64,000 nucleotides of DNA. Origin: the human T2T-CHM13v2.0 reference genome, Homo sapiens. Position numbers and translations under genes: made by a program. Shown in pieces: positions 25,100 to 44,744 of this stretch. The stretch is taken from the NCBI RefSeq assembly GCF_009914755.1, contig NC_060946.1. The stretch is one strand, 5' to 3'. Under the pieces are notes generated by a model. That model made no database searches and was not told the origin of the DNA. It saw nothing but the letters and a program-made list of their open reading frames with translations. Every line of letters begins with the position of its first letter. The stretch's first letter is position 1.

Positions 25100-28020
25100 T
25101 GCCCGGCCGCCACCCCGTCTGGGAAGTGAGGAGTGTCTCTGCCTGGCCGTCCATCGTCTGGGATGTGAGGAGCCCCTCTGCCTGGCTGCCCAGTCTGGAA
25201 AGTGAGGAGCGTCTCCGCCCGGCCGCCATCCCATCTAGGAAGTGAGGAGCGCCTCTTCCCAGCCGCCATCACATCTAGGAAGTGAGGAGCGTCTCTGCCC
25301 GGCCGCCCATCGTCTGAGATGTGGGGAGCGCCTCTGCCCCGCCGCCCCATCTGGGATGTGAGGAGCGCCTCTGCCCGGCCGAGACCCCGTCTGGGAGGTG
25401 AGGAGCGTCTCTGCCCGGCCGCCCCGTCTGAGAAGTGAGGAGACCCTCTGCCTAGCAACCACCCCGTCTGAGAAGTGAGGAGTCCCTCCGCCCGGCAGCC
25501 GCCCCGTCTGAGAAGTGAGGAGCCTCTCCACCCGGCAGCCACCCCATCTGGGAAGTGAGGAGCGTCTCCGCCCGGCAGCCACCCCGTCCGGGAGGGAGGT
25601 GGGGGGGGGGTCAGCCCTCCCGCCCGGCCAGCCGCCCCGTCCGGGAGGGAGGTGGGGGGGTCAGTCCCCCGCCTGGCCAGCCGTGCCGTCCAGGAGGGAG
25701 GTGGGGGGGTCAGCCCCCCGCCCGGCCAGCCGCCCCGTCCGGGAGGTGAGGGGCGCCTCTGCCCGGCCGCCCCTACTGGGAAGTGAGGAGCCCCTCAGCC
25801 CGGCCAGCCACCCCGTCCGGGAGGGAGATGGGGGGGTCAGCCCCCCCACCCGGCCAGCCACCCCGTCCGGGAGGGAGGTGGGGGGGTCAGCCCCCCGCCT
25901 GGCCAGCCGCCCCGTCCGGGAGGGAGGTGGGGGGGTCAGCCCTCCGCCCGGCCAGCCGCCCCGTCTGGGAGGTGAGGGGCGCCTCTGCCCGGCCGCCCCT
26001 ACTGGGAAGTGAGGAGCCCCTCTGCCCGGCCAGCCGCCCCGTCCGGGAGGGAGGTGGGGGGGTCAGCCCCCCGCCCGGCCAGCCGCCCTGTCCGGGAGGG
26101 AGGTGGGGGGGTCAGCCCTCCGCTGGGCCAGCCGCCCCGTCTGGGAGGTGAGGGGCGCCTCTGCCCGGCCGCCCCTACTGGGAAGTGAGGAGCCCCTCTG
26201 CCCGGCCAGCCGCCCCGTCCGGGAGGGAGGTGGGGGGGTCAGCCCCCCGCCCGGCCAGCCGCCCTGTCCGGGAGGGAGGTGGGGGGGTCAGCCCTCCGCC
26301 GGGCCAGCCGCCCCGTCTGGGAGGTGAGGGGCGCCTCTGCCCGGCCGCCCCTACTGGGAAGTGAGGAGCCCCTCTGCCCGGCCAGCCGCCCCGTCCGGGA
26401 GGGAGGTGGGGGGGTCGGCCCCCCGCCCGGCCAGCCGCCCCGTCCGGGAGGGAGGTGGGGGGGTCGGCCCCCCGCCCGGCCAGCCGCCCCGTCCGGGAGG
26501 GAGGTGGGGGGGTCGGCCCCCCGCCCGGCCAGCCGCCCCGTCCGGGAGGGAGGTGTGGGGGGGTCGGCCCCCCTGCCCGGCCAGCCGCCCCGTCCGGGAG
26601 GTGAGGGGCGCCTCTGCCCGGCCGCCCCTACTGGGAAGTGAGGAGCCCCTCTGCCCGGCCAGCCGCCCCGTCCGGGAGGGAGGTGGGGGGGTCAGCCCCC
26701 CGCCCGGCCAGCCGCCCCGTCCAGGAGGGAGGTGGGGGGGGGGTCAGCCCCCCCGCCCGGCCAGCCGCCCCATCCGGGAGGGAGGTGGGGGGGTCAGTCC
26801 CCCGCCTGGCCAGCCGTGCCGTCCGGGAGGGAGGTGGGGGGGTCAGCCCCCCGCCCGGCCAGCCGCCACGTCCGGGAGGTGAGGGGCGCCTCTGCCCGGC
26901 CGCCCCTACTGGGAAGTGAGGAGCCCCTCAGCCCGGCCAGCCACCCCGTCCGGGAGGGAGATGGGGGGGTCAGCCCCCCCACCCGGCCAGCCACCCCGTC
27001 CGGGAGGGAGGTGGGGGGGTCAGCCCCCCGCCTGGCCAGCCGCCCCGTCTGGGAGGGAGGTGGGGGGGTCAGCCCTCCGCCCGGCCAGCCGCCCCGTCTG
27101 GGAGGTGAGGGGCGCCTCTGCCCGGCCGCCCCTACTGGGAAGTGAGGAGCCCCTCTGCCCGGCCAGCCGCCCCGTCCGGGAGGGAGGTGGGGGGGTCAGC
27201 CCCCCGCCCGGCCAGCCGCCCTGTCCGGGAGGGAGGTGGGGGGGTCAGCCATCCGCTGGGCCAGCCGCCCCGTCTGGGAGGTGAGGGGCGCCTCTGCCCG
27301 GCCGCCCCTACTGGGAAGTGAGGAGCCCCTCTGCCCGGCCAGCCGCCCCGTCCGGGAGGGAGGTGGGGGGGTCAGCCCCCCCACCCGGCCAGCCACCCCG
27401 TCCGGGAGGGAGGTGGGGGGGTCAGCCCCCCGCCTGGCCAGCCGCCCCGTCCGGGAGGGAGGTGGGGGGGTCAGCCCTCCGCCCGGCCAGCCGCCCCGTC
27501 TGGGAGGTGAGGGGCGCCTCTGCCCGGCCGCCCCTACTGGGAAGTGAGGAGCCCCTCTGCCCGGCCAGCCGCCCCGTCCGGGAGGGAGGTGGGGGGGTCA
27601 GCCCCCCGCCCGGCCAGCCGCCCCGTCCAGGAGGGAGGTGGGGGGGGGGGTCAGCCCCCCCGCCCGGACAGCCGCCCCATCCGGGAGGTGAGGGGCGCCT
27701 CTGCCCGGCCGCCCCTACTGGGAAGTGAGGAGCCCCTCTGCCCGGCCAGCCGCCCCGTCCGGGAGGGAGGTGGGGGGGGGGGTCAGCCCCCCGCCCGGCC
27801 AGCCGCCCCGTCCGGGAGGTGAGGGGCGCCTCTGCCCAGCCGCCCCTACTGGGAAGTGAGGAGCCCCTCTGCCCGGCCAGCCGCCCCGTCCGGGAGGGAG
27901 GTGGGGGGGTCAGCCCCCCGCCCGGCCAGCCGCCCCGTCCGGGAGGTGAGGGGCGCCTCTGCCCGGCCGCCCCTACTGGGAAGTGAGGAGCCCCTCTGCC
28001 CGGCCACCACCCCGTTTGGG
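25100..28020 (+). repeat. SVA VNTR (~2.9 kb, GC-rich ~35-50-bp units)
   Basis: Tandem units gcccggccagccgccccgtccgggagggaggtgggggggtcagcccccc and gcccggccgcccctactgggaagtgaggagcccctct. Confidence 0.95.
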
Positions 28021-28530
28021 AGGTGTGCCCAACAGCTCATTGAGAACGGGCCAGGATGACAATGGCGGCTTTGTGGAATAGAAAGGCGGGAAAGGTGGGG
28101 AAAAGATTGAGAAATCGGATGGTTGCCGTGTCTGTGTAGAAAGAAGTAGACATGGGAGACTTTTCATTTTGTTCTGCACTAAGAAAAATTCCTCTGCCTT
28201 GGGATCCTGTTGATCTGTGACCTTACCCCCAACCCTGTGCTCTCTGAAACATGTGCTGTGTCCACTCAGTGTTAAATGGATTAAGGGCGGTGCAAGATGT
28301 GCTTTGTTAAACAGATGCTTGAAGGCAGCATGCTCGTTAAGAGTCATCACCAATCCCTAATCTCAAGCAATCAGGGACACAAACACTGCAGAAGGCCGCA
28401 GGGTCCTCTGCCTAGGAAAACCAGAGACCTTTGTTCACTTGTTTATCTGCTGACCTTCCCTCCACTATTGTCCCATGACCCTGCCAAATCCCCCTCTGTG
28501 AGAAACACCCAAGAATTATCAATAAAAAAA
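28021..28530 (+). mobile_element. SVA SINE-R domain (HERV-K env/LTR-derived)
   Basis: cccaacagctcattgagaacgggcc...gaaacacccaagaattatcaataaa. Confidence 0.93.
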
Positions 28531-28916
28531 TAAATTAAAAAAAAAAATTAAACAAGAAGCAATGTAATCTTTCCCAATTGCTAAGATTTTGCATTTACTC
28601 TCAAGAGTATTAGCACAGCAACATTCATTGTGAAAACAGACTTTAAAATAAATTTCACAATTCTAAAAGTCTGAACCCCTGTGAAAGCTTCAGTTCCATT
28701 ATTTTTTGTGCAAATTAGTAACACTTCATAGAAAAAGAACTAAAGTAAACTTTAACAAGGGCTCTGCACAAATGAAGATCACTTCAAGTTAATAGCACTA
28801 AGGAAATGAGAGATAATGATCTTAATTTCCAATAGAACAAAAGGTTTGCTTCTAATCCTAACTAGCTAATCAACACAAATTTGATATGATCTACAGTCTC
28901 TATTAATTCACTCTAA

Positions 28917-32040
<3,124 letters not shown>

Positions 32041-33539
32041 CATACTTTATGTCTGAAATAAAGTACTCATTTCACATCACTTCCTCCCAAACTCCCTCCA
32101 CTGATATACTGGTACTCTTCCAGTTCCTTTGTGACAATTTTCCCCAATAACCTCTGCCTCCTCCTCCCACCCCCTACCCCTGTCTTCACACACGCTATTA
32201 CTTCTTTCATTTGTCAAACCACTACTTATGCTTTGGATCTCTGCTTAAATGTCTCTTCCTCAAAGAAGCCTTCCCTACATGAAAACCCTCACTATTAGAT
32301 CTGTTATTCTGTTATAATATCTTGTGTTTTTGTTTTTTTAAAAAGCAATTACCAAAGTTTGTAACCATGAATTAGCTCATCTAACTCTTTGTTGAGTCTT
32401 TTTCTTTCATGGAATTATAGAAGTTCCATGACAATAAGAACTTTATCTGTCTTGTTCATTACTCTCTCTCCAATACTTAGCACACAGTGCTAAGTGCTAA
32501 GATCTTAATAATCACAGAATAATTTTTCCAACATTAAAATGGTCAAATTATTTAAGCCAATATTTCCACTTCTAAGGAAATAATCTGAAATGCAAAAAAA
32601 TTTTAAAAGATATTTATCCAAATATTAATGTAAGTGTGAAAAACAGAAAATGATTCAATTGTCCAACTAAGGAGAAAGTAAATAAATGATGGCACAGAAC
32701 AGAATGTTATGTACCCCATTAAAAAAGGCTACTTATAAAAATATTTCAGTAATATGAAAAAAGCAGGACACAGAATTGGGTCTGTAGTATTAGCTCAGTT
32801 ATTTTAAAAACACACATTTGCAAGAACACTAGAGGGATATAAACCATATACTAACAGTGATTTTCTCTGGGAGATGAGATCCATTAGAATTTGGGCTTTT
32901 GCTTTTGTTTTGTTTTGTGTTAGAGCAGGAACTCTATCTGGTATCTATTCTCCAGGGGCCTAGCATAACATGTGATGAATAAGTAAGAATGAGAAATTGA
33001 TTATCTCTAAGTACTGGAATGAAGTAGGTCATGAAATTCTCTAAGTCACATTATAAACAGAATCATTTAATCAATTGACATGCCTAAGATTGGAGGATTT
33101 TCAACTGGGCGACCTAATCTAGAAAATCCTTGAAAACCATGCTTTCTGAGGAATATAATTAACAAAACTCTTTCCTTTCCCCAAGAAATACTGTAATTTG
33201 GATCAGAAACTGCCCACTCAAAATTTTTACTTCTCCCAGCAATTAATTAGAACCTCTTGTGCAACATTGTGGCATGAAAGGATACAGTTCGTACCCTTAC
33301 AGAAAAAAATACATGATCTGTCCTTTATTCCACAGGCTGCACATGTGAAAACAAACTGGTACTTCTTAAATCTTACATAAAGGAGGAGAAAAACCACTGT
33401 GAAAGAGGAAAGGCCCTTTTCACTCCCATTTTCCTGCTTACTTTTCTTTACATAGCTCTTCCAATCCTATCCAGCACCTCAGATTACAGACACACATAGA
33501 ACTGCACCTTTACATCTCTCAGAACAATATCTGAGATCA

Positions 33540-34690
33540 ACAACAACATTTAGAAAATAAAATTTTTGTAAAAGGCAACATTTACAATCTCATTAAAACA
33601 CACAAAGTGTCTAAAAACAAATCTAACTAAAGATGTGTAAGATCATCACAGAGAAAAATTTTTAAAACCCATTGGGAGGCCTTACAAAAGATCTAAATAA
33701 ATGTGGAAAATATGTATTTACAGTATAATATTATAAAAATATCAGTTCTTCCTAAGTTGGTTCATAGATGCAATGCAATTCCAATCAAAATCCTGAGTAA
33801 TTTTATATGGAAATGCAAATGACCAAGAACAGACAAGAATGAAACTCTTGAACAAGAACAAGGTGGAAGGACTTACTTCTCCCATACAACAGGGCTTATT
33901 ACAGTTATCGTAATTAAAACTGTGAGGGCAGGAATACACAAATAGCCCAATGGAACCAAATAGCAAGCTCAGAAACATACCCACATAGCTAAGTCCTTGA
34001 TATATGAAAGACGTAGCTCTGTTGATTAGTGGGGAAAGAAGAGTATTTTCAATAAACGGAATCCACTTGAAAAAAAATTAACTTGTGTCTTACCTTATTC
34101 CCATATGAAAAATTATTTCCAGAAACACAAGACACAAAACTCATAAACTATAAAAGACTCATATAAATTACATTAAATTTAGAAATTCTTTTTGTGTTTT
34201 GTTTGTTTGTTTTGAGATGGGGTCTTGCTCTGTCACCCAGGCTAGAGTACAGTGGCATGATTATAGTTCATTGTAACCTTGAACTCCTGGGCTCAAGTGA
34301 TCCTTCTGCCTCAGCCTCCTGAGTAGGTGGGACTACAGGCATGAGCCACCATGCCCAGCTCATTTTTTTGAGAGAGGGGGTCTTGCTATGTTGCCTAGGT
34401 TGGTCTTGAACTCCTGGCCTCAAGCCATCCTCCCGCCTTGGCCTCCCCAAGCACTGGGATTATAGGCATGAGACACTACACCCAGCTAAATTTAGAGATT
34501 CTTAATCAAAAGACAGGATAAAGAGAAAGAAAAAGACAAACCCCAAAGTGGGAGAAGATGTCTGCAATACACTTAAGCAACAACAAACTAGTATTCCGGA
34601 TATTTAAAGAACTCTTATTAAAGAAAAAAACCAATACAATAGAAAGAGTAGGCAAAAGACTTAACTTGCCACTTCACAAAAGAGGAAATA
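33540..34690 (+). mobile_element. Old L1M ORF2 3' fragment, interrupted by AluJ (34188-34486, minus)
   Basis: aatctaactaaagatgtgtaagatc, atgcaattccaatcaaaatcc, ccaatggaacc motifs. Confidence 0.7.
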
Positions 34691-35415
34691 CAGGCCAGGG
34701 CCAGCATGGGCTACATAGCAAGACTCTGTCTATACAAAATATAAAAACTGAGCCAGGCATGGTGGCACACTCCTGTAGTCCCAACTACTCAGGAGGGTGA
34801 GGCAGGAGGAATATTTGAGCCCAGGAGATTGAGGCCGCAGTGAGCACTATCCTCCAGCCTAGGCAACAGAGCATGACACTGTCTTGAAAAATAAATAAAT
34901 AAATAAATAAATAAAATAAATATATATATATACACATAAAATAACGGAAAGTGATTTCTTTTACCAATTTTATATATATACATAAAATCATTGGTATATA
35001 TATAAAATAACTGGTATATATAATTAGTAAAAGAAATCACTTTCCATTATGATATACTGATTCAATGGATGCCAGAACTCCTTGAGCTGAAGCCTAAGGG
35101 CTTAGTTCATTAGACAGATGTTTCCAGGCTTCTCCAAGCCCTGGCTAGATAGGATCCACAAGCAGATCAACTTTATCTTTTAGACCTAAGTTCTCAGCCT
35201 AGAAGACAGAGGAGTAATATTTTAAAATATACCTTGAAAGTTTTTATCAACGTTTTACAATTAGGCCAGTAAAGATTGGGTTAGCCAAAGGCACCTCCTC
35301 TCTTTAAGGCTCCAAGTTCTGTTTAGGAAATGAAGGTGTCGGGACCTTGACTGCCTACTGCCCCACAGGTACCTCTGCTAACCCACTGAATTCCTTTTTT
35401 TTTTTTTTGAGATGA

Positions 35416-35866
<451 letters not shown>

Positions 35867-36804
35867 TAGTAGAGGAGGGGTTTCACCATGTTGGCCAGGC
35901 TGGTCTTGAGCTCCTGACCTCAAGTGTTCCACCCACCTCGGCCTCCCAAAGTGCTGGGATTACAGGCGTGAGCCGCCGTACCCGGCCACCACTGAATTTC
36001 TATATGATACATGCTTCTATGTGAAACAGATCAAAGAAGTACATTTCTCACTCCACTCTCTCAACACACGGTACACCCATTCATGAAAAAGCACCTCCTC
36101 TAACTCTAGAATTTATTCTGTTCTAGAACTCCACACTTTCCAATTTCACAATCTTCTCAAAGATTTTTCATTTCTGCTCCTATCATTACCTCCCAAACAA
36201 ATGACCATGCAAAAACCTACTGTAAAATACAACAATCTTCTTACCAGCCTCTTTCCTCCAGAGCTGAATGCTGGAGAGTAACAAAATTTAAGAGGTAGGC
36301 AGAGAAAGATAGCAAAAGCTCTGAATGGCAAAGGGAGTCGCTGGAAAGGTAGAGTTTAAAAAGCCGGAAAAAGGTAAGTCGTAGATATCCGTGGAGGAAA
36401 AGTTTCAAGTCTGAGGGAGAAGCCAACCATGTCAAATGATGCAAAGAGGTCAAGTAGCATAAAGACTAAAGAGGGCTTATTTGATCTGCAACAAAAAGAA
36501 CACAAATTACTGTGGCAATGGCAGTTTCTGAAGACAGGTAGTGACAGAAGCCATAAAGCAGTTGAGTCTCTGGGATATGAGAAAGTAGAGAAAGCAATGA
36601 CTGTAAACTATTCTTTCAGGAGCTTAAACACTAAGGGAAAGTTAGAGTTGCTGGGAAAGATTTCAGTTAATTTATATGCTAAGTGGAAACACTTCAGAGA
36701 AAAAGGCCGAAGATACACAAACACCTTGGGTCCAACAGCAACAGCTGCCTTCTACTCCACTGAGAAAACAGAGTTCTTACCTGTAGTGGAACAAACATGT
36801 AAAC

Positions 36805-37985
<1,181 letters not shown>

Positions 37986-38499
37986 ATTCCAATTACAATA
38001 TAGGGTGATGAAGTAGGTTGATAAAGGGCAACAGGGCACAGTGGCTCATGCCTGTAATCTCAGCACTGTGGGAGGCTGAGGCCAGGGGCAGAGGGGATCA
38101 CTTGAAGTCAGGAGTTCGAGACCTGCCTGGCCAACATGGTGAAATCCCGTCTCTACTAAAAATACAAAAATTATCCGGGCATGGTGGCGCATGTCTGTAA
38201 TCCCAGCTACTCAGGAGGCTGAGGCACAAGAATCACTTGAACCAGGGAGGCAGAGCTTGCCGTGAGCCGAGATCACGCCACAGAACTCCAGCCTGGGTGA
38301 CAGAGCAAGACTCCGTCTCAAAAAAAAAAAAAAAAAAAAAAAAATTGGGAACTGGGAAAACCAAAAGAGGGGCATCTAACACTAAATATGAGTTAGGAAA
38401 GGCTTCAAGAAGAGTGAGAGAGAGAAAGCGTATCCCAAATGGAGGACACAGACGTAGAAAAGAAATAGGGGTTTTGAAAAGCCTTGACATTTATTTACA

Positions 38500-41147
<2,648 letters not shown>

Positions 41148-42063
41148 TAATTAAAAAAAGGTTGAGGTATGAGTACATGGTTTTTAAACAGTACTTAACA
41201 CAGTTTAATGGGCTGGAACAAATACTAGGAATAGGGGAATAAGAGAAGATGTTAAAAGAAAGAGACCAGATTCTGCAAAGCCTTATAAAACATGCCAAGA
41301 AATTTATTCACTTATTTATTATTTGTTTGTTTGTTTGTTTATTTGAGATAGAGTCTCATTCTGTCGTCCAGGCTGGAGAGCTGTGGCACAATCTCGGTTC
41401 ACTGCAACCTCTGCCTCCTAGTTCAATCGATCCTCCCACCTCAGACTCCCCAGTAGCTGGGTCTACAAGTGTGTGCCACCAAGCCCAGCTAATTTTTGTA
41501 GTTTTAGCACAGACAGGGTTTCACCATGTTGGCCAGGCTGGTCTCTTAACTCCTGACCTGAGGTGATCTGTGCACCTCGGCCTACCAAAGTGCTGGAATT
41601 ACAGGCCTAAGTCACTACACCCGGCAAGACATTTATTTGGTTTTTGTTTCATCCCACAAGGCAATCACTGAAAACTTTTAAGCTAGGAAGTCCTAAAAGA
41701 TTACTCTGACAAGGCTATACGATAGAGTATGTTTCCTAATGACAGAGGCTTGTTTACCATTTAATCCCTAATTTTAGCATAGTTTATAATACATTGATAT
41801 TAATGAATATATATGCTGAATTAATGAATTTATGGAAGGAATAGGGTGAGGGAAGCAGAGAAATTAGAAAGAAATTATAATAATCCAGGCAGGAAATGTT
41901 GGACTTACAATGATCACTTTAACTTACAGCTATCTATTTTACAAGAAATGTTAAGATTATTAGGAACTTTCACGGAACATCAAATAAAGTAAGAATCTGT
42001 AACATTATAAACATGAAGATCCTGGTTCAAATCAGGGAATGCAATAATTCTGTATCTACTCAC

Positions 42064-42304
42064 CATTCTTCCGCTCACTAAGTGGAGGCAAATTGGGATT
42101 CCTGCCAGGGTGGAGGCCTAGGGTCAGCTCGGGCTGCAAGGAGAGCTCCTGCAGTTCATTGGCAACAGCTTCACTCTGGGGACTGGGTGCCGCAGATAAG
42201 GACACGAGCACTGGTTCATCATCATTTTCGCCGGCCCCTCCTCCGTCCAGCCCATTCACAGCAATGACGGAAGGGGGCAGGCACACCACACTGGAGAAAT
42301 CCAC
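42064..42304 (-). CDS. MRTFA: MRTFA long-isoform coding segment (GTG start; VDFSSVVCLPPSVIAVNGLDGGGAGENDDEP...PPLSERKN), phase-1 donor
   Basis: Translation matches the recalled MRTFA/MKL1 N-terminal extension preceding RPEL1 (VLQLKLQQRR, next exon, outside window). GTG at 42304-42302 lies in GCCAAAGTGG context (A-3, G+4). 241 coding nt end at AATG|gtgagt. Confidence 0.95.
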
Positions 42305-42325
42305 TTTGGCTTTCGTGATGGCAAT
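42064..42325 (-). other. MRTFA: MRTFA internal exon (262 nt; exon 3 in common numbering), including 21 nt 5' of the GTG
   Basis: Minus-strand acceptor ctaaac-tttccattttttcttccatttccag|ATTGCC (AG at 42327-42326); donor G|gtgagt at 42063. Confidence 0.93.
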
Positions 42326-42368
42326 CTGGAAATGGAAGAAAAAATGGAAAGTTTAGATGGTACCATGA

Positions 42369-44636
42369 TAATATGGTTTGGTGGTGTCCTCACCCAAATC
42401 TCATCTTGAATTGTAGTTCCCATAACTCACACATATCATGGGAGGGACTTGGTGGCAGGTAACTGAATCACAGGGGTGGTTACCTCCGTGCTATTCTCAT
42501 GAGTTCTCACAAGATCTGATGGTTTTATAAGGGGCTTTTCCTCTTTTGCTCTGCACTTCTCCTTCCTGCCACCATGTGAAGAAGGACATGTTTGCAACTC
42601 CTTCCACCATGATTATAAGTTCCTGAGGCCTCCCCAGCCCTGTGGAACTGTGAATCAATTAAATCTCTTTCCTTTATAAACTACCCAGTCTCAGGCAGTT
42701 CTTTATAGCAACGTGAGAACAGACTAATATAGTAAATTGGTACTGATAGAGTGGGATGCTGCTATAAGGATACCCAAAAATGTGGAAGCAACTTTGAAAA
42801 TGGGTAACAGGCAGAGGTTGGAACAGTTTAGAGGGCTAAGAAGAAGACAGGAAACTGTGGTAAAGTTTGGAACTTCCTAGAGACCTGTTGAATGCCTTTG
42901 ACCAAAATGCTGATAGTGGTATGGACAATGAAGTACAGGCTGAAATGGTCTCAGATGGAGATGAGGAACTTGTTGGAAACTTATATAAAGGTGATTCTTG
43001 CCATGCTTTAGCAAAGAGACTGGTGGCATTTTGCCCCTACTCTAGAGAGATCTGTGGAACTTTGAACTTGAGAGAGATGATTTAGGGTATCTGGCAGAGG
43101 ACATTTCTAAGCGGCAAAGCATTCAAGAGGAAGCAGAGCATAAAAGTTTAGAAAATCTGCAGCATGATGATGCAATAGAAAACAAAAACTCATTTTCTGG
43201 GGAGAAATTCAAGCCACCTGCAGAAATTTGCATAAGTAACAAAGAGCCTAACATTAATCACCAAGACAATGGGGAAAACGTCTCCAGGGCATGTCACAGA
43301 CCTTCACAGCAGCGCCTCGAAGGCATAGGAGGGAAAAATGGTTTCATGGGCCCAGGGCCTTCCTGCTCTGTGCAGCCTCAGGACATGGTGCCCTGAGTCC
43401 CAGCTGCTTCAGCTCCAGTCATGAATAAAAGGAGCCAAGGTATACAGCTCAGGCTGAGGCTTCGAAGCGTGCAAGCCCAAAACCTCAGCAGCCGCCATGT
43501 GGTGCTGAGCCTGCAGGTGCACAGAAGTCTGGAATTGAGGTTTGGGAACCTCCACCTAGATTTCAGAGGATGTATGGCAACACCTGGATGTCCACGCAGA
43601 AGTTTGCTACAGGGGTACAGCTCTCATGGAGAACCTCTACTAGGGCAGTATGGAAGGCAAATGTGGGGTCGGAGCGCCCACACAGAGTCCTCACTGGAGC
43701 ACTGCCTAGTAGAGCTGTGAGAAGGCCACCATCCTCCAGACCCCAGAATGGTAGATCCACCTATAGCTTGCACCATACACCTGGAAAAGCTGTAGACACT
43801 CAACATCAGCCCATGAAAGCAGCCAGGGGTGAAGCCGTACCCTCCAAAGCCACAGAGGCAGAGCTGCTCAAGGCCGTGGGAGCCCACCTCCTGCATCAAC
43901 ATGACCTGGATGTGAGACATGGAATCAAAGGAGATCATTTCAGAGCCTTAAGATCTGACTGCCCCACTGGATTCTGGACTTGCATGGGGCCTGTAGCCCC
44001 TTTGTTTTGGCCAATTTCTCCCCTTTGGAATGGGTGTATTTACCCAATGCCTGTACCCCCCATTGTATCTAGGAAGTAACTAACTTGCTTTCGATTTTAC
44101 AGGCTCATAGGTGGAAGGGACTTGCCTTATCTCAGATGAGACTCTGGACTTGGACTTCTGGGTTAATACTGGAATGATCTAAGACTTTGGGGGACTATTG
44201 GACACACATACTTGTGTTTTGAAATGTGAAGACCTGTGATTTGGGAGGGGCCAGGGGCAGAATGATATGGTTTGGCTGTGTCCCCACCCAAATCTCACCT
44301 TGAACTGTAGTTCCCATAATCCCCATGTGTTGTGGGAGGGACCCAGTGGGAGGTAATTGAATAATGGGAGTGGTTACCTCCATGCTGTTCTCATGATAGT
44401 GAGTGAGCTCTCACAAGATCTGATGGTTTTATAAGGGGCTTTTCCTCTTTTGCTTGGCACTTCTTCCTGCCACCTTGTGAAGAAGGATGTGTTTGCTTTC
44501 CCTGCCATCATGACTGTAAGTTTCCTGAGGCCTCCCGAGCCCTGTGGAACTGTGAGTCAATTAAACCTCTTTCCTTTATAAACTACCCAATCTTGGGCAG
44601 TTCTTTATAGCAGCAGTTTGAGAACAGACTAATAGA
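42369..44636 (+). mobile_element. Full-length THE1C/D-type MaLR (LTR 42369-42731, internal 42732-44262, LTR 44263-44636)
   Basis: Two related LTRs (t(a/g)atatggtttgg...gactaata(t/g)a); internal region starts gtaaattggtac; purine tract before the 3' LTR; degenerate 5-bp TSD catga/cacgg. Confidence 0.9.
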
Positions 44637-44744
44637 CACGGACAAACTATGCCACTGGAGTATATGCCGATGCTAATATTATAAATTACATCACTGGCAA
44701 ACTACCATTATTCTTAAAGCTTTTTGTAAAGTAAACTAGCACCC

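Noticed and set aside
42064-42325. Rolling-circle ORF if the exon circularises
   Set aside because: 262 nt is not a multiple of 3; the second pass hits TGA after ~34 codons.
43570-44079. 169-aa ORF
   Set aside because: THE1 internal region remnant; non-autonomous MaLR.
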